A stretch of 45,736 bases of DNA. Source: a virus. Taxonomy: Duplodnaviria; Caudoviricetes. Position 1 is the stretch's first letter, and each line of letters starts with the position of its first letter. The stretch is from the IMG/VR virus record IMGVR_UViG_3300012940_000041, positions 1 through 45,736 of that record; one strand, written 5' to 3'. The notes under the pieces were generated by a model, which saw only the letters and a list, made by a program, of their open reading frames with translations, did not search any database and was not told the DNA's origin. The position numbers and the translations under genes were made by a program. Below, in pieces: positions 9,050 through 17,616 of the stretch.

Positions 9050-9484
9050 ATGGCCGCGCTCGTCGTCAACAGCCTGGAGTCGCTGCAGCGGACTTTCGGA
9101 ATCCTGCGCGACGACTTCGCAAAGTACAAGTTCCTGCGCTTGAGCTGGAAACGCGGGCTGGACCGGAGCCTTCCGCAGAACGCGATTACCCATGTTTGGT
9201 ATGAGCAATTGGCCCGTGAACTGCCAGAAGACGACGCGCTTGGCTGGAAGTGCTACTGCAAGCTGCACCACGGCGTCCCGATCATGCGCGCCGAAGACGA
9301 CGAGTTCCGCGAGACCTACGACAGCGCAATCAAGGGGCTGAGCTACGAGCAGAAGTTGAAGGTTATGCGCCTGCTGCCGGTCACTTCCCTGATGACCAAA
9401 GAACAGCTTTCCAAGTACGCCGAAGCCGTGCAGATGGACTTCGCGCAGCGAGGCGTGTTCCTTGAGTTCCCGGAGGCGAAATGA
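9050..9484 (+). CDS. NinB-like recombination protein
   Basis: RSLPQNA..H.W and TSLMTKEQLSKY motifs; upstream of ninG. Confidence 0.65.
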   Translation: MAALVVNSLESLQRTFGILRDDFAKYKFLRLSWKRGLDRSLPQNAITHVWYEQLARELPEDDALGWKCYCKLHHGVPIMRAEDDEFRETYDSAIKGLSYEQKLKVMRLLPVTSLMTKEQLSKYAEAVQMDFAQRGVFLEFPEAK

Positions 9485-10113
9485 GTATCGCGGCCACTTC
9501 TTTGCAGGCTTACGACCAACTGCGCGTCACCTCGAACCCGTCTCTCACGATCAAGGAGAAGAAGCGCAAGTGCGCCATCTGCCGTACCGAGTTCCGCACC
9601 TTCTCCAGCCTGGTGAAGTGGTGCAGCCCGGAGCACGGCGCCGAGGTGGCGATGCGCGCGCTGGAGAAGAAGAGGGCGCGGGAGGCGAAGGAGGTGCGTC
9701 AAGCCGACCGCGCGCGCCGCGAAAAGCTCAAGACCCGCTCGGACTGGATGAAGGAGGCACAAAGTGCATTTAACGCATGGGTCAAGGAGCGCGACTTCGA
9801 TCTTCCCTGTGTTTCATGCGGCCGCCACCACAACGGCGCATATCACGCAGGGCACTACTTGAGCGTTGGCGCCAGACCGGATCTCCGTTTTGAGCCCCTT
9901 AATGTATGGAAGCAATGCGCTCCATGCAACCTGTATTTGTCCGGGAACCTGGTCCTTTACCGCCAAGAGTTGGTGCGGCGCATCGGTTTAGCGAAGGTCG
10001 AATGGCTTGAGGGGCCGCACGAGTCGAAAAAACTGACAGTAGAAGACTTGCGCGAAATAGTGAAAACGTACCGCGCCAGGGCTCGCGAAATGAAGAGGTC
10101 AAGAAATGCCTGA
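9481..10113 (+). CDS. ninG: NinG/Rap recombination nuclease
   Basis: KC.IC...F, WCSPEH, RD..LPCVSCG, AGHY.S.GA.P.LRF, QC..CN. Confidence 0.92.
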   Translation: MSIAATSLQAYDQLRVTSNPSLTIKEKKRKCAICRTEFRTFSSLVKWCSPEHGAEVAMRALEKKRAREAKEVRQADRARREKLKTRSDWMKEAQSAFNAWVKERDFDLPCVSCGRHHNGAYHAGHYLSVGARPDLRFEPLNVWKQCAPCNLYLSGNLVLYRQELVRRIGLAKVEWLEGPHESKKLTVEDLREIVKTYRARAREMKRSRNA

Positions 10114-10633
10114 GACATGGAAGCCGGTCGTGGGATATGAGGGCCTCTATGAGGTTAGCAACTTCGGTCGAGTGCGCAGCCTTGACAGGGAGGGCGTCTT
10201 TAAAGGCCGATGGGGCGAGGTCTGCATGCGATTCCCGGGAAAGGAAATGAGGATCTCGCGCGCAAGAAGCGGGTATTGCTACCTATCCCTATCAAGGGGC
10301 GCCATCTCGACCAAGCACCTCCTGCATCGACTCGTTCTTGCCGCCTTTGCTGGCCCGAGTGATCTGCAGGTGAACCACAAAAACGGAGACAAAGAAGATA
10401 ACCGTCTGGCAAACCTTGAGTACTGCACAAGCCAAGAAAACCTTCTCCATTGCACCAGGGTTCTCAAGAAAAAGATCGGCGAAGGAAATGGGTGCGCAAA
10501 GCTGAAGACTGCCGACATCCCAAAGATTCGTGCCGATTCACGTTCACTAAAAGCGATTGCTCGGGATTACGGCGTTACCCACCAAGCGATCTACTTGGTG
10601 AAAAAAGGAAAAAACTGGGGGCACGTGTCGTGA
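10106..10633 (+). CDS. NUMOD4-HNH homing endonuclease
   Basis: EtWKPVVGYEGLYEVSNFGRVRS; HRLV..AF, VNHKNGDK.DN..NLE. Confidence 0.92.
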   Translation: MPETWKPVVGYEGLYEVSNFGRVRSLDREGVFKGRWGEVCMRFPGKEMRISRARSGYCYLSLSRGAISTKHLLHRLVLAAFAGPSDLQVNHKNGDKEDNRLANLEYCTSQENLLHCTRVLKKKIGEGNGCAKLKTADIPKIRADSRSLKAIARDYGVTHQAIYLVKKGKNWGHVS

Positions 10634-10685
10634 TCAAGGCGCACTACAAGGCGAAATTGAAGGAGTTGCAGCAAGGGAGGCAGTC

Positions 10686-10865
10686 GTGAACCACCAGCAG
10701 AAAGCCATCCGATTCGCGAAGACCATCAAGTCCAAGAAGACGAAGGCAGAGAAGCGCGAAGCCGCCCACGTGGTCTGCGAATACTGCATCGCCATCTTGG
10801 CCGATGGCTACCGGAAGATCGGTGGCAAAGCAGCCCCCGATGGTCGCGCTGGGAGGTTCTGCTGA
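10686..10865 (+). CDS. Hypothetical protein (59 aa)
   Basis: GGAGG RBS, GTG start, TGATG-coupled to the initiator gene. Confidence 0.5.
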   Translation: MNHQQKAIRFAKTIKSKKTKAEKREAAHVVCEYCIAILADGYRKIGGKAAPDGRAGRFC

Positions 10866-11737
10866 TGCGTGAGTATGGAAAAGTGAGCCCGCAGTTCTGG
10901 ATCGGTGACACCGGCAAGCGCCTGCGCGCGGCCGGCCCTGCCGCTCAGGTTGTGGCGCTGTATCTGCTGACAAACCCGCACGCCAACATGCTTGGTCTGT
11001 ACTACCTGCCCAAGATGTTCATCGGGCACGAGACCGGATTGGGCTTTGAAGGGGCTTGCAAGGGGCTTCAAAGCTGCATTGAAGCCGGGTTTTGTGACTA
11101 CGACGACGATTCTGAGACGGTGTGGGTCTTTGAGATGGCCGCATTCCAGATCGCAGATGCGCTGAAGCCAGGCGATTTGCGCGTGAAAGGGGTTCAAAAC
11201 GAATACAACGCATTGCCCGCAAACCCTTATTTGGCGCTGTTTTTCGAGAAATATGCTGGTCCATTCCATATGACTGAACAGCGCGGCGCCCCTCTGCAGA
11301 ATGCACCCACCGAACAAGCCCCTTCGGAGCCCCTTCGAAGCCAAGAGCAGGAGCAGGAGCAGGAACAGGAGCATTTACTTACCCCTGCTAACGCAGGGGA
11401 GGCGGGAACATCCGTTCCTCGCCCAGCGCGACCGAATTGCCCTCATCAGGAAATCATCGCCCTTTACCACGAGCTGCTGCCTATGGGCCTGCAGGTGAGG
11501 ACGTGGAACGGAGACAGGCCCAAGAACCTGCAAGCTCGTTGGCGTGAAGACCCCAAGCGCCAGTCTCTCGACTGGTGGCGCAAGTTCTTTACGTACTGTG
11601 CCAAATCTGAATTTCTGACCGGTCGCGCCGCTCCGGCGCGCGATCGTGACCCGTTTGTCGTGAGCTTGGATTGGCTGGTCTCCCCGAAGAATTTCGCGAA
11701 GACCCTTGAGGGGCGCTACCACCGGGAGGCCACATGA
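10865..11737 (+). CDS. Phage replication initiator (O-like)
   Basis: MREYGKVSPQFW...YLLTNPHANMLGLY, EQ-repeat linker, C-terminal LDWL...NF.K.LEG.Y; upstream of DnaB. Confidence 0.85.
   Translation: MREYGKVSPQFWIGDTGKRLRAAGPAAQVVALYLLTNPHANMLGLYYLPKMFIGHETGLGFEGACKGLQSCIEAGFCDYDDDSETVWVFEMAAFQIADALKPGDLRVKGVQNEYNALPANPYLALFFEKYAGPFHMTEQRGAPLQNAPTEQAPSEPLRSQEQEQEQEQEHLLTPANAGEAGTSVPRPARPNCPHQEIIALYHELLPMGLQVRTWNGDRPKNLQARWREDPKRQSLDWWRKFFTYCAKSEFLTGRAAPARDRDPFVVSLDWLVSPKNFAKTLEGRYHREAT
11049..11342. repeat. Candidate iterons of the phage origin
   Basis: AAGGGGCTT x2 (11049, 11060) and inverted (A/G)AGCCCCTTC x2 (11316, 11327), 11-bp period. Confidence 0.5.
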
Positions 11738-13110
11738 ACGCGCCAATGAACCACACCGAAAGCCGTCTGATTGCCCGTGACGCAGAGCAGTTCGTCCTGG
11801 GCGCTTTGTTGATTGACAACGACGCTATTGACCGCATGGGCGACCTGCGCGCCGAGCACTTTGCGATCGGAGAACACCGCGCCATCTTTGCCGAGATGGT
11901 CGGCATGATTTCCCGCGGCGAGCCGGCGGATGTGCTGACCGTTTCCGACGCGCTCAAGGCGAAGGGTTCGGACGCTGGCGATTTGGTCTACCTGAACGCA
12001 CTCCACCAGAACACGCCGAGCGCCGCGAACATCGGGCGCTACTCGGCGATGGTGCGGGACAAGGCGGTCAAGCGTGGGCTGATCGCGTTGGGCCGTGAGA
12101 CGGTCGAGATCGTAGAGAGCTCTGCCCTGGAAGCTGCCGCGCTGGTCGATCAACTCTCCAGCAGGCTCGAAGCGCTGGCGCAGGAGCGCATCAAGCAGGA
12201 GCCGACGAAGGCCGCGGATGACTTGGTTGCCCACGTCGAGCTGCTGGAGCAGCGCAGGGCTGGCAATGGGCCGAGCAAGGCAATTCCTACTGGATTCCCG
12301 GACCTGGATGCAAAGCTGAATGGTGGCATCCGCCGCGGGGAAATGGTTGTGGTTGCCGCTCGGCCGAAGATGGGCAAAACGGCGTTTGCGCTCAACATCG
12401 CCTGCGGCATCGCGAGAGATTACGGCGTATTGGTGCTGTCGATGGAAATGCCGAAGTCACAGCTCCACGATCGCAACTTGGCGACCCTCGGCCGAATCCC
12501 GCTCCCGCACCTCCTGCAGCCGAATGCGATGACTGACCGCGAATGGGCGCAGATGACGGATGCCATGGTCAAGCTCAACGGCATGAACTTGTGGACCGAT
12601 GACCAAGGCGGATTGAGCCTGCTGGATGTTCGGATGAAGGCGAAGCAGGTCAAGCGCCGCCATGGTCTGGACGTTCTGGTGATCGATTACCTGCAGTTGA
12701 TGGAAGGCGAGGGTGCAAACCGCAACGCCGAGATCGAGGGCATTACGCGCGGCCTGAAAGCGCTGGCGAAGGAACTCGGCATCGGAATCATCCTGCTTTC
12801 TCAGCTCAACCGGGAATTGGAGCGCCGACCGAACAAGCGGCCGCAGCCGTCAGACCTGCGAGATTCAGGCTCGATTGAACAGGATGCGGACGTCGTCATC
12901 TTCCTGTACCGCGACGAGGTCTACAACCCCGATTCCCCGGACAAGGGCATTTGCGAAGTCAATGTGGCGCTGAACCGCCAAGGCGAATCCGGACGCGTCG
13001 CGCTTGCCTACATTGGCGAGTACACGAAGTTCGAAAGTCTGGCGCACCCATGGTCGCCGCCACCCCCCAAGGCTCCACCATCCCGCAGCCGCGGATTTTC
13101 TGATGATTGA
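11734..13110 (+). CDS. dnaB: Replicative DNA helicase
   Basis: AARPKMGKT, SMEM, IDYLQLM, LSQLNR, DLRDSGSIEQDAD. Confidence 0.97.
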   Translation: MNAPMNHTESRLIARDAEQFVLGALLIDNDAIDRMGDLRAEHFAIGEHRAIFAEMVGMISRGEPADVLTVSDALKAKGSDAGDLVYLNALHQNTPSAANIGRYSAMVRDKAVKRGLIALGRETVEIVESSALEAAALVDQLSSRLEALAQERIKQEPTKAADDLVAHVELLEQRRAGNGPSKAIPTGFPDLDAKLNGGIRRGEMVVVAARPKMGKTAFALNIACGIARDYGVLVLSMEMPKSQLHDRNLATLGRIPLPHLLQPNAMTDREWAQMTDAMVKLNGMNLWTDDQGGLSLLDVRMKAKQVKRRHGLDVLVIDYLQLMEGEGANRNAEIEGITRGLKALAKELGIGIILLSQLNRELERRPNKRPQPSDLRDSGSIEQDADVVIFLYRDEVYNPDSPDKGICEVNVALNRQGESGRVALAYIGEYTKFESLAHPWSPPPPKAPPSRSRGFSDD

Positions 13111-13120
13111 AAGGATAGTC

Positions 13121-13357
13121 ATGAAAACCATGCTCGAAGACAAGAACTACAAGCCGAACGCACTGCTCGATTTCGCGATCGAGGCGCTGAATCTGAAGAA
13201 CGACGCGGCTCTCGCGCGGGCGCTCGAAGTGGCGCCGCCGCAGATCAGCATGGTTCGTCATCGCCTCCGGCCTATCGGTCCGACGCTCCTGCTGAAGCTG
13301 CACGACCTGACAGCTCTGTCGGCCAAGGAACTGCGACGGATCGCGGGGATGCCGTGA
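13121..13357 (+). CDS. HTH protein
   Basis: LNLKNDAALARALEVAPP.IS..R family, recalled from Oxalobacteraceae. Confidence 0.75.
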   Translation: MKTMLEDKNYKPNALLDFAIEALNLKNDAALARALEVAPPQISMVRHRLRPIGPTLLLKLHDLTALSAKELRRIAGMP

Positions 13358-13515
13358 CCTGGTTCACGAATCCCAACGTGTTCATGTGGGTCATCACCGC
13401 GCTGTTTGCTGCGTCTGCAATCCGTAATGCGGTCGACCTGAACTGGCCGCAGGCGGCGTATGGAGTTGGGGCGGTGGTGCTGAATCTGGCTGTTATCTCG
13501 ATGGGAGGGAAGTGA
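13354..13515 (+). CDS. Small membrane protein (53 aa)
   Basis: GTGA-coupled; two hydrophobic segments. Confidence 0.5.
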   Translation: MTWFTNPNVFMWVITALFAASAIRNAVDLNWPQAAYGVGAVVLNLAVISMGGK

Positions 13516-13607
13516 TGGCAATGGCAATCGGTATCTGCATCCTGCTCGCGCTCGGATGTGGCGTGGCCTGGCTCTGTTCCAAGCTGGACGCGGAGGACTG
13601 GGAGTGA
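13515..13607 (+). CDS. Small membrane peptide (30 aa)
   Basis: GGAGG RBS, TGATG coupling on both sides. Confidence 0.45.
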   Translation: MAMAIGICILLALGCGVAWLCSKLDAEDWE

Positions 13608-13870
13608 TGGCGGCTCGAGGTGGATTCAAACGGCCGGTTGACCCGCTTCCTGCCGCGTTGGATCGGGTGATGGATGCAATCAGCGAGGGAAAGGAAGAGG
13701 TCGCAATCTTCATGGTTGATGGCAAAGTGATGGTGACAAAGAAAAGCTCGAGATCCTTCGACCCAAACATCCAGCGGCTGACCAACAACCTGGTTGGGGT
13801 CTACAGCCTCGGCGCGGACGCGCGGCATGTGCGGGCTGATCTGGCGGAGTTCTACAGGGAGGCAGCGTGA
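13607..13870 (+). CDS. Hypothetical protein
   Basis: GGAG RBS, coupled; ends REAA. Confidence 0.6.
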   Translation: MAARGGFKRPVDPLPAALDRVMDAISEGKEEVAIFMVDGKVMVTKKSSRSFDPNIQRLTNNLVGVYSLGADARHVRADLAEFYREAA

Positions 13871-14070
13871 AAAGCCACACGCTGGAAGAAATGATGGCCA
13901 TCCTCACGGCAGGAGGCCGGAGCTCTGGCGAGCAGAGCAGGGCGCTACCACGACATGCCTACGGCGATCCAGCAAACCACGTCGAATTCCCCGCCGAGGC
14001 CGAGCGCCGGAGAAAGTTGAGAGAAGCGAAGAAGTTGAAGAAACTGCAGTACAGAGCGAAGGGGAAATGA
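13867..14070 (+). CDS. Hypothetical protein
   Basis: Coupled ORF; YGDPA motif, basic tail. Confidence 0.6.
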   Translation: MKSHTLEEMMAILTAGGRSSGEQSRALPRHAYGDPANHVEFPAEAERRRKLREAKKLKKLQYRAKGK

Positions 14071-14612
14071 TGGAACTGTTCAAGAACGCGAACGATGCTT
14101 TGATCTTCGCATTCCGCTATTCGAGCCAGCAGTACGCGCTGTCGCCTATGGCGAAGATGATGAAGACTGGCCCCGTGGGGGGCGGCAAAGGTCTCGTTTC
14201 CCTGGATGGGGCTGGTCAAGCCGGCCTCATCCGAGGCGAGATCGATCGTATGCCTTCGCTCCGCAGGTCCTGCATCGTCGCCCGCTACTCCGTGCGGTAC
14301 GAGGATTGTCCGTGCTGCGGCGGGGAGAAGATGCTGCAGGAGTATGCCGAGGCGGTGGCGAATCTCTCCGACTGGGCCACGCAGTGGATTGCCGGCATGT
14401 CCGTCCGTGGCATGCGGCATGCCATTATCCGGGCGTACTTCGAGCGCGGTGTCTCGATCCAGGATGTGGCGAAACGGTTGAACGTGCCGAAGAGCACGGC
14501 CTACGATCAGAAAAGCGTGATCTGGGCGAAGCTCAAAGAGTTGGACGCCGAGGCGCAGCGAGAGGCGGATGACAGGCTGGAGAAACTGTGCGGAGTCGCG
14601 GTGGGATCCTGA
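14067..14612 (+). CDS. Probable late-gene antiterminator/activator (Q-like)
   Basis: CPCC zinc knuckle plus C-terminal HTH (SIQDVAKRLNVPKSTAY); last gene of the early right operon. Confidence 0.7.
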   Translation: MMELFKNANDALIFAFRYSSQQYALSPMAKMMKTGPVGGGKGLVSLDGAGQAGLIRGEIDRMPSLRRSCIVARYSVRYEDCPCCGGEKMLQEYAEAVANLSDWATQWIAGMSVRGMRHAIIRAYFERGVSIQDVAKRLNVPKSTAYDQKSVIWAKLKELDAEAQREADDRLEKLCGVAVGS

Positions 14613-14681
14613 AAAATTCCACTACAGGGGTGAAATGGTAAAAAATTCCATCACACCCCTATCTCCAAAAATTCCGCTACA
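14612..14681 (+). repeat. Three AAAAATTCCnnnACA direct repeats
   Basis: Copies at 14612, 14641 and 14667. Confidence 0.6.
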
Positions 14682-14898
14682 CCCTGTCCCGCAGCTCGAA
14701 CTCCGGATGCTGGCCAGCCAGCAGCAATAGCAGCTCATACTCGCCGACCGACAACGCGCGGGAGCTGGCGCCGGCCAGCTCTTTCTTTTTCCAGCCAGAA
14801 AGCGAATAGCCGAAACGTGCTGCGCATTCGTCCTGGTTCAGTCCGGCAGCGATACGCGCAGCGCGAACCTGATCAGGGGTCGGATTAGCATTTGTCAT
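14677..14898 (-). CDS. Aca-like XRE HTH regulator
   Basis: PTPDQVRAARIAAGLNQ HTH, 73 aa, ATGA-coupled to the acrVA2-like gene as last gene of the operon. Confidence 0.75.
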   Translation of the reverse strand: MTNANPTPDQVRAARIAAGLNQDECAARFGYSLSGWKKKELAGASSRALSVGEYELLLLLAGQHPEFELRDRV

Positions 14899-15932
14899 TT
14901 CACGGGTCGGATCGTTGCCGGCAGCCCATCCAAGCCGTCGAGTTTGACTGGAATCGGCGGCAACCAGCGCAAATCGAATTTGCGCTCCTGCGTCGGTATT
15001 TCGCTGCCGTCAGCCCGTTTCATGGGGCCGGATCGGAATCCGTGCCAGTGAGCGCGGCGGATATGCGGCCGCGGCCCGGCATGCATGTCATCACCACCTG
15101 TTTCGGCCTGCTGATATGCGGCGCGCAGTGCAGCCCCGAGGCGTACGCCGACATCCCACGTGGTTGGCCGGTCGGCCGGAAACAGTCTCCAGCCGCGCTT
15201 CGTGCGCTTCGGTTCCGGATTTGACGGCGCGCGCTTCCCGTCGCCGATCTCCGCATTCTGCGAGCAGAGATACAGCAGTAGGGACACCATCGGCTCGACA
15301 TGACTTCTGATCTCTGACGTCAGCCCGGCCGGCGGCGCCCCGATCCCGGCAGCGATTGCATTGATTGACGCGACGTCGACCATGCGCGCGATCGATTCTC
15401 GCAGCGACCACGGGCCCAGGTGCACCGGGATCGGCAGCAGCATGGATTCGGCGTCGATCAACAGCCGCAGCTCAGGCCGGCCGCTGCCGGCGTCGTGCTC
15501 CAGGTGTGCAAAAAATCCGTGGACATCGTCCCCTGCCACCTGCATACCTGGCGTCTCGATGTACACGCACCATTCCGGCAGCCTGAACAGGATCTCGTGC
15601 GGCACATCGCCATCAACAGGGGTTTTGATGATCTCGGCATAGACCGCCGGGTCGAATCGATAGATGCCCTGCGTGACACGCCAGGCAGCCAGGGCGCCGA
15701 GGCGCCCTACGTCGGCCGCGCGATCGAGCGGGACGCGATTGTCGCCGCCACCACTGACAATCGCGTAGGACGCGGCCAGCGGCAGGTAGCACCAGTCCGG
15801 CCAGTGCGGCAGGTCCTGGCCGCGCCCGGCGCGGAATTCGTCGGCGGCTTTCCACGCGCCGAGGTAAAGTTTGGCAGCGGCGACCAAGTGATCGCGCGGG
15901 CGGCAGGGGCGTTTGTCGAACTGGGGTTTCAT
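14895..15932 (-). CDS. acrVA2: AcrVA2/FinQ-family anti-CRISPR protein
   Basis: AWRVTQGIYRFD, LPEWCVYIE, LLLYLC and RPHIRRAHWHGF match the recalled AcrVA2 motifs (AWR.T.GIY, LPDWCVY, LLWLC, RPHIRRGHWHGY). Confidence 0.82.
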   Translation of the reverse strand: MKPQFDKRPCRPRDHLVAAAKLYLGAWKAADEFRAGRGQDLPHWPDWCYLPLAASYAIVSGGGDNRVPLDRAADVGRLGALAAWRVTQGIYRFDPAVYAEIIKTPVDGDVPHEILFRLPEWCVYIETPGMQVAGDDVHGFFAHLEHDAGSGRPELRLLIDAESMLLPIPVHLGPWSLRESIARMVDVASINAIAAGIGAPPAGLTSEIRSHVEPMVSLLLYLCSQNAEIGDGKRAPSNPEPKRTKRGWRLFPADRPTTWDVGVRLGAALRAAYQQAETGGDDMHAGPRPHIRRAHWHGFRSGPMKRADGSEIPTQERKFDLRWLPPIPVKLDGLDGLPATIRPVK

Positions 15933-15954
15933 TTGCTATCGGGCGAATCTCTCG

Positions 15955-16722
15955 TCAAAGTGGCATAACTGGTTCGGTTTTGGGCATTGCTGGGATGCTC
16001 GCAGAAATGCGGCGACCATCAATTGTCATAAGCGACAAAGAGGGGTTCTCAATATACAAATAGTGGTGTGTTGAATTGGGGGTGCCACTCTGAATGACGA
16101 ACGGCTCGTCGTCATAGGGCACTACGCACCAGCTCAGCGGCGAACTGTGGATGCCGAACTCGCGCACTTTTATCCCGCTGTTGCCGTATGTTTTTATCCC
16201 CTTGGTATCGTTGAGCCACCAAGCGCCGTGGCGATGCCAAGCGATCATGCGCTTGCCGAGAAGTTTGGAAGTGTCCCAGTGGTGGCGGTGTAAGAGTTTC
16301 CCGCCCGTGAATATGACTTCTAGCCCGTCTTCCATGATGAACCCGTCGCGGGTTAGCACTTCGCGGGGCGGGACAAGCGGCGCGAACGTTCTGCGTTTGA
16401 TGGCGGCGGACATGAAAGCGGAGTAAGCTGCCTCTGTCCATCCGCGTAACTCCAGCGCATCCACAAGGCGTGGAGAGCGGACCCATTGCTGCTGTTCGAT
16501 GTCCCAATATCCTTCTGGGAACATTGATAACTGTGAATCGGAGAGTTCTGGAAACTGCGCGGGGCCTTGCCGCTTCCATTGATCCGGCTGATGCCACCAG
16601 TCGTTACCGCGAACGACGAACTGATCGAAATAGACACGGGTGAAGTTTTGGGCATTACGCGGCAGCCAGGGCTTGCCGCCCATCATCACGTGATAGAAGA
16701 GCGGATGATCGCGTTTCCACAT
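15955..16722 (-). CDS. Hypothetical protein, candidate anti-defence factor (255 aa, Trp-rich)
   Basis: Long ORF inside the acr operon; lower GC. Confidence 0.7.
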   Translation of the reverse strand: MWKRDHPLFYHVMMGGKPWLPRNAQNFTRVYFDQFVVRGNDWWHQPDQWKRQGPAQFPELSDSQLSMFPEGYWDIEQQQWVRSPRLVDALELRGWTEAAYSAFMSAAIKRRTFAPLVPPREVLTRDGFIMEDGLEVIFTGGKLLHRHHWDTSKLLGKRMIAWHRHGAWWLNDTKGIKTYGNSGIKVREFGIHSSPLSWCVVPYDDEPFVIQSGTPNSTHHYLYIENPSLSLMTIDGRRISASIPAMPKTEPVMPL

Positions 16723-16727
16723 CGTTG

Positions 16728-17036
16728 TTAGCTGTAGATGTAGGTGTCTTCGTCATCGTCCAGATGCTGGCGTGACGCACGCACTTCAGCCCAATATTGC
16801 TTCAGCGCTTCGCGGTCGATGTCGATCTTGCCGTCAGCGTTCAGAATGATGAAATCGGGGTTTTCGTCGAGGACATTGCCGAAGGTGTCATCGCCGGCCG
16901 TCAGATCGTCGAGATTCGCAACCGGGAATTTGCGAGTGTCAGTTTGATCCCAGCCGCAATCCTCAAGGTCTACACCGTAGACGGTGTGGCCGGAGCTCGT
17001 GACTTTGTTGGACTTCCAAGCTGCAATGTAGATCAT
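16728..17036 (-). CDS. Small acidic protein, candidate anti-CRISPR
   Basis: 102 aa, 22 D/E versus 9 K/R; AAGGA RBS; first gene after a strong promoter. Confidence 0.75.
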   Translation of the reverse strand: MIYIAAWKSNKVTSSGHTVYGVDLEDCGWDQTDTRKFPVANLDDLTAGDDTFGNVLDENPDFIILNADGKIDIDREALKQYWAEVRASRQHLDDDEDTYIYS

Positions 17037-17108
17037 GATTATTTCCTTTTGAAATTTCTCCGGCTACTCACCACCGGCTGGTGTATCAGCGTTGCGCCGA
17101 TGAAGATA

Positions 17109-17136
17109 ATTATATACGCACAAAATAAGAATGCAA
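17109..17136 (-). promoter_or_regulatory. Promoter of the acr operon with operator
   Basis: TTGCAT-16-TATAAT; near copy of the 19694-19721 promoter. Confidence 0.75.
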
Positions 17137-17141
17137 GGAAT

Positions 17142-17507
17142 TTATCCGCGAGTTGCTGCCAATGCTTGGCGGATACCCTCAGACATATTGCCGTTGCCGA
17201 GCTTTGCTGCCCGCGCCAGGCTCTCGTCATCGAGATACAAGCTTACGCGCCGCCCGCCGACGGTCTTTGGCCGGCCGGCGTTGTTGCTGATGCCAAGCGC
17301 CGCTTTGACGCGCCGCTGGTCGAGCGATGTCACCGCGCCTGCATTGACCATCACGTAGACGCCGGCCTCGGTGCGGGCCAACGCGCCTGTGCGATCGCCC
17401 TGCGAGACGGTCCCGAGCATTTCAGTGCCGGGAGTCGTGTGCTGCGTGTAGAGCCGCCAGTTGCCGGACAAATCGACAGCGAGGCGGTGCCGGTTGTCGT
17501 GACCCAT
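17142..17507 (-). CDS. Protein with C-terminal ribbon-helix-helix domain
   Basis: GRPK...RRVSLYLDDESLARAAKLGNGNMSEGIRQAL; start codon uncertain. Confidence 0.7.
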   Translation of the reverse strand: MGHDNRHRLAVDLSGNWRLYTQHTTPGTEMLGTVSQGDRTGALARTEAGVYVMVNAGAVTSLDQRRVKAALGISNNAGRPKTVGGRRVSLYLDDESLARAAKLGNGNMSEGIRQALAATRG

Positions 17508-17515
17508 GATAATAT
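17507..17515 (+). promoter_or_regulatory. Extended -10 promoter upstream of the solitary repeat
   Basis: TG-A-TAATAT; +1 at ~17522. Confidence 0.5.
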
Positions 17516-17524
17516 TCCCGTGCT

Positions 17525-17552
17525 GTTCGCCCTTCGGGGCGCGGATTGAAAC
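17525..17552 (+). CRISPR. Solitary type I-C-like CRISPR repeat unit
   Basis: GTTCGCCCTTCGGGGCGCGGATTGAAAC: GT start, CGCCC/GGGCG hairpin, GGATTGAAAC 3' end; single copy. Confidence 0.65.
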
Positions 17553-17616
17553 CAAGATTGGGTGGGAAACCCGTTGACATCCTCCCCGGCCTAAAGGCCG
17601 GAGATTCCTACGGCGC

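Noticed and set aside
14612-14681. Possible mini CRISPR array
   Set aside because: Repeat core is only 9-15 nt with a <30-bp period and no repeat-like ends
17525-17552. True CRISPR array
   Set aside because: Only one repeat copy seen and no cas genes; treated as a solitary unit
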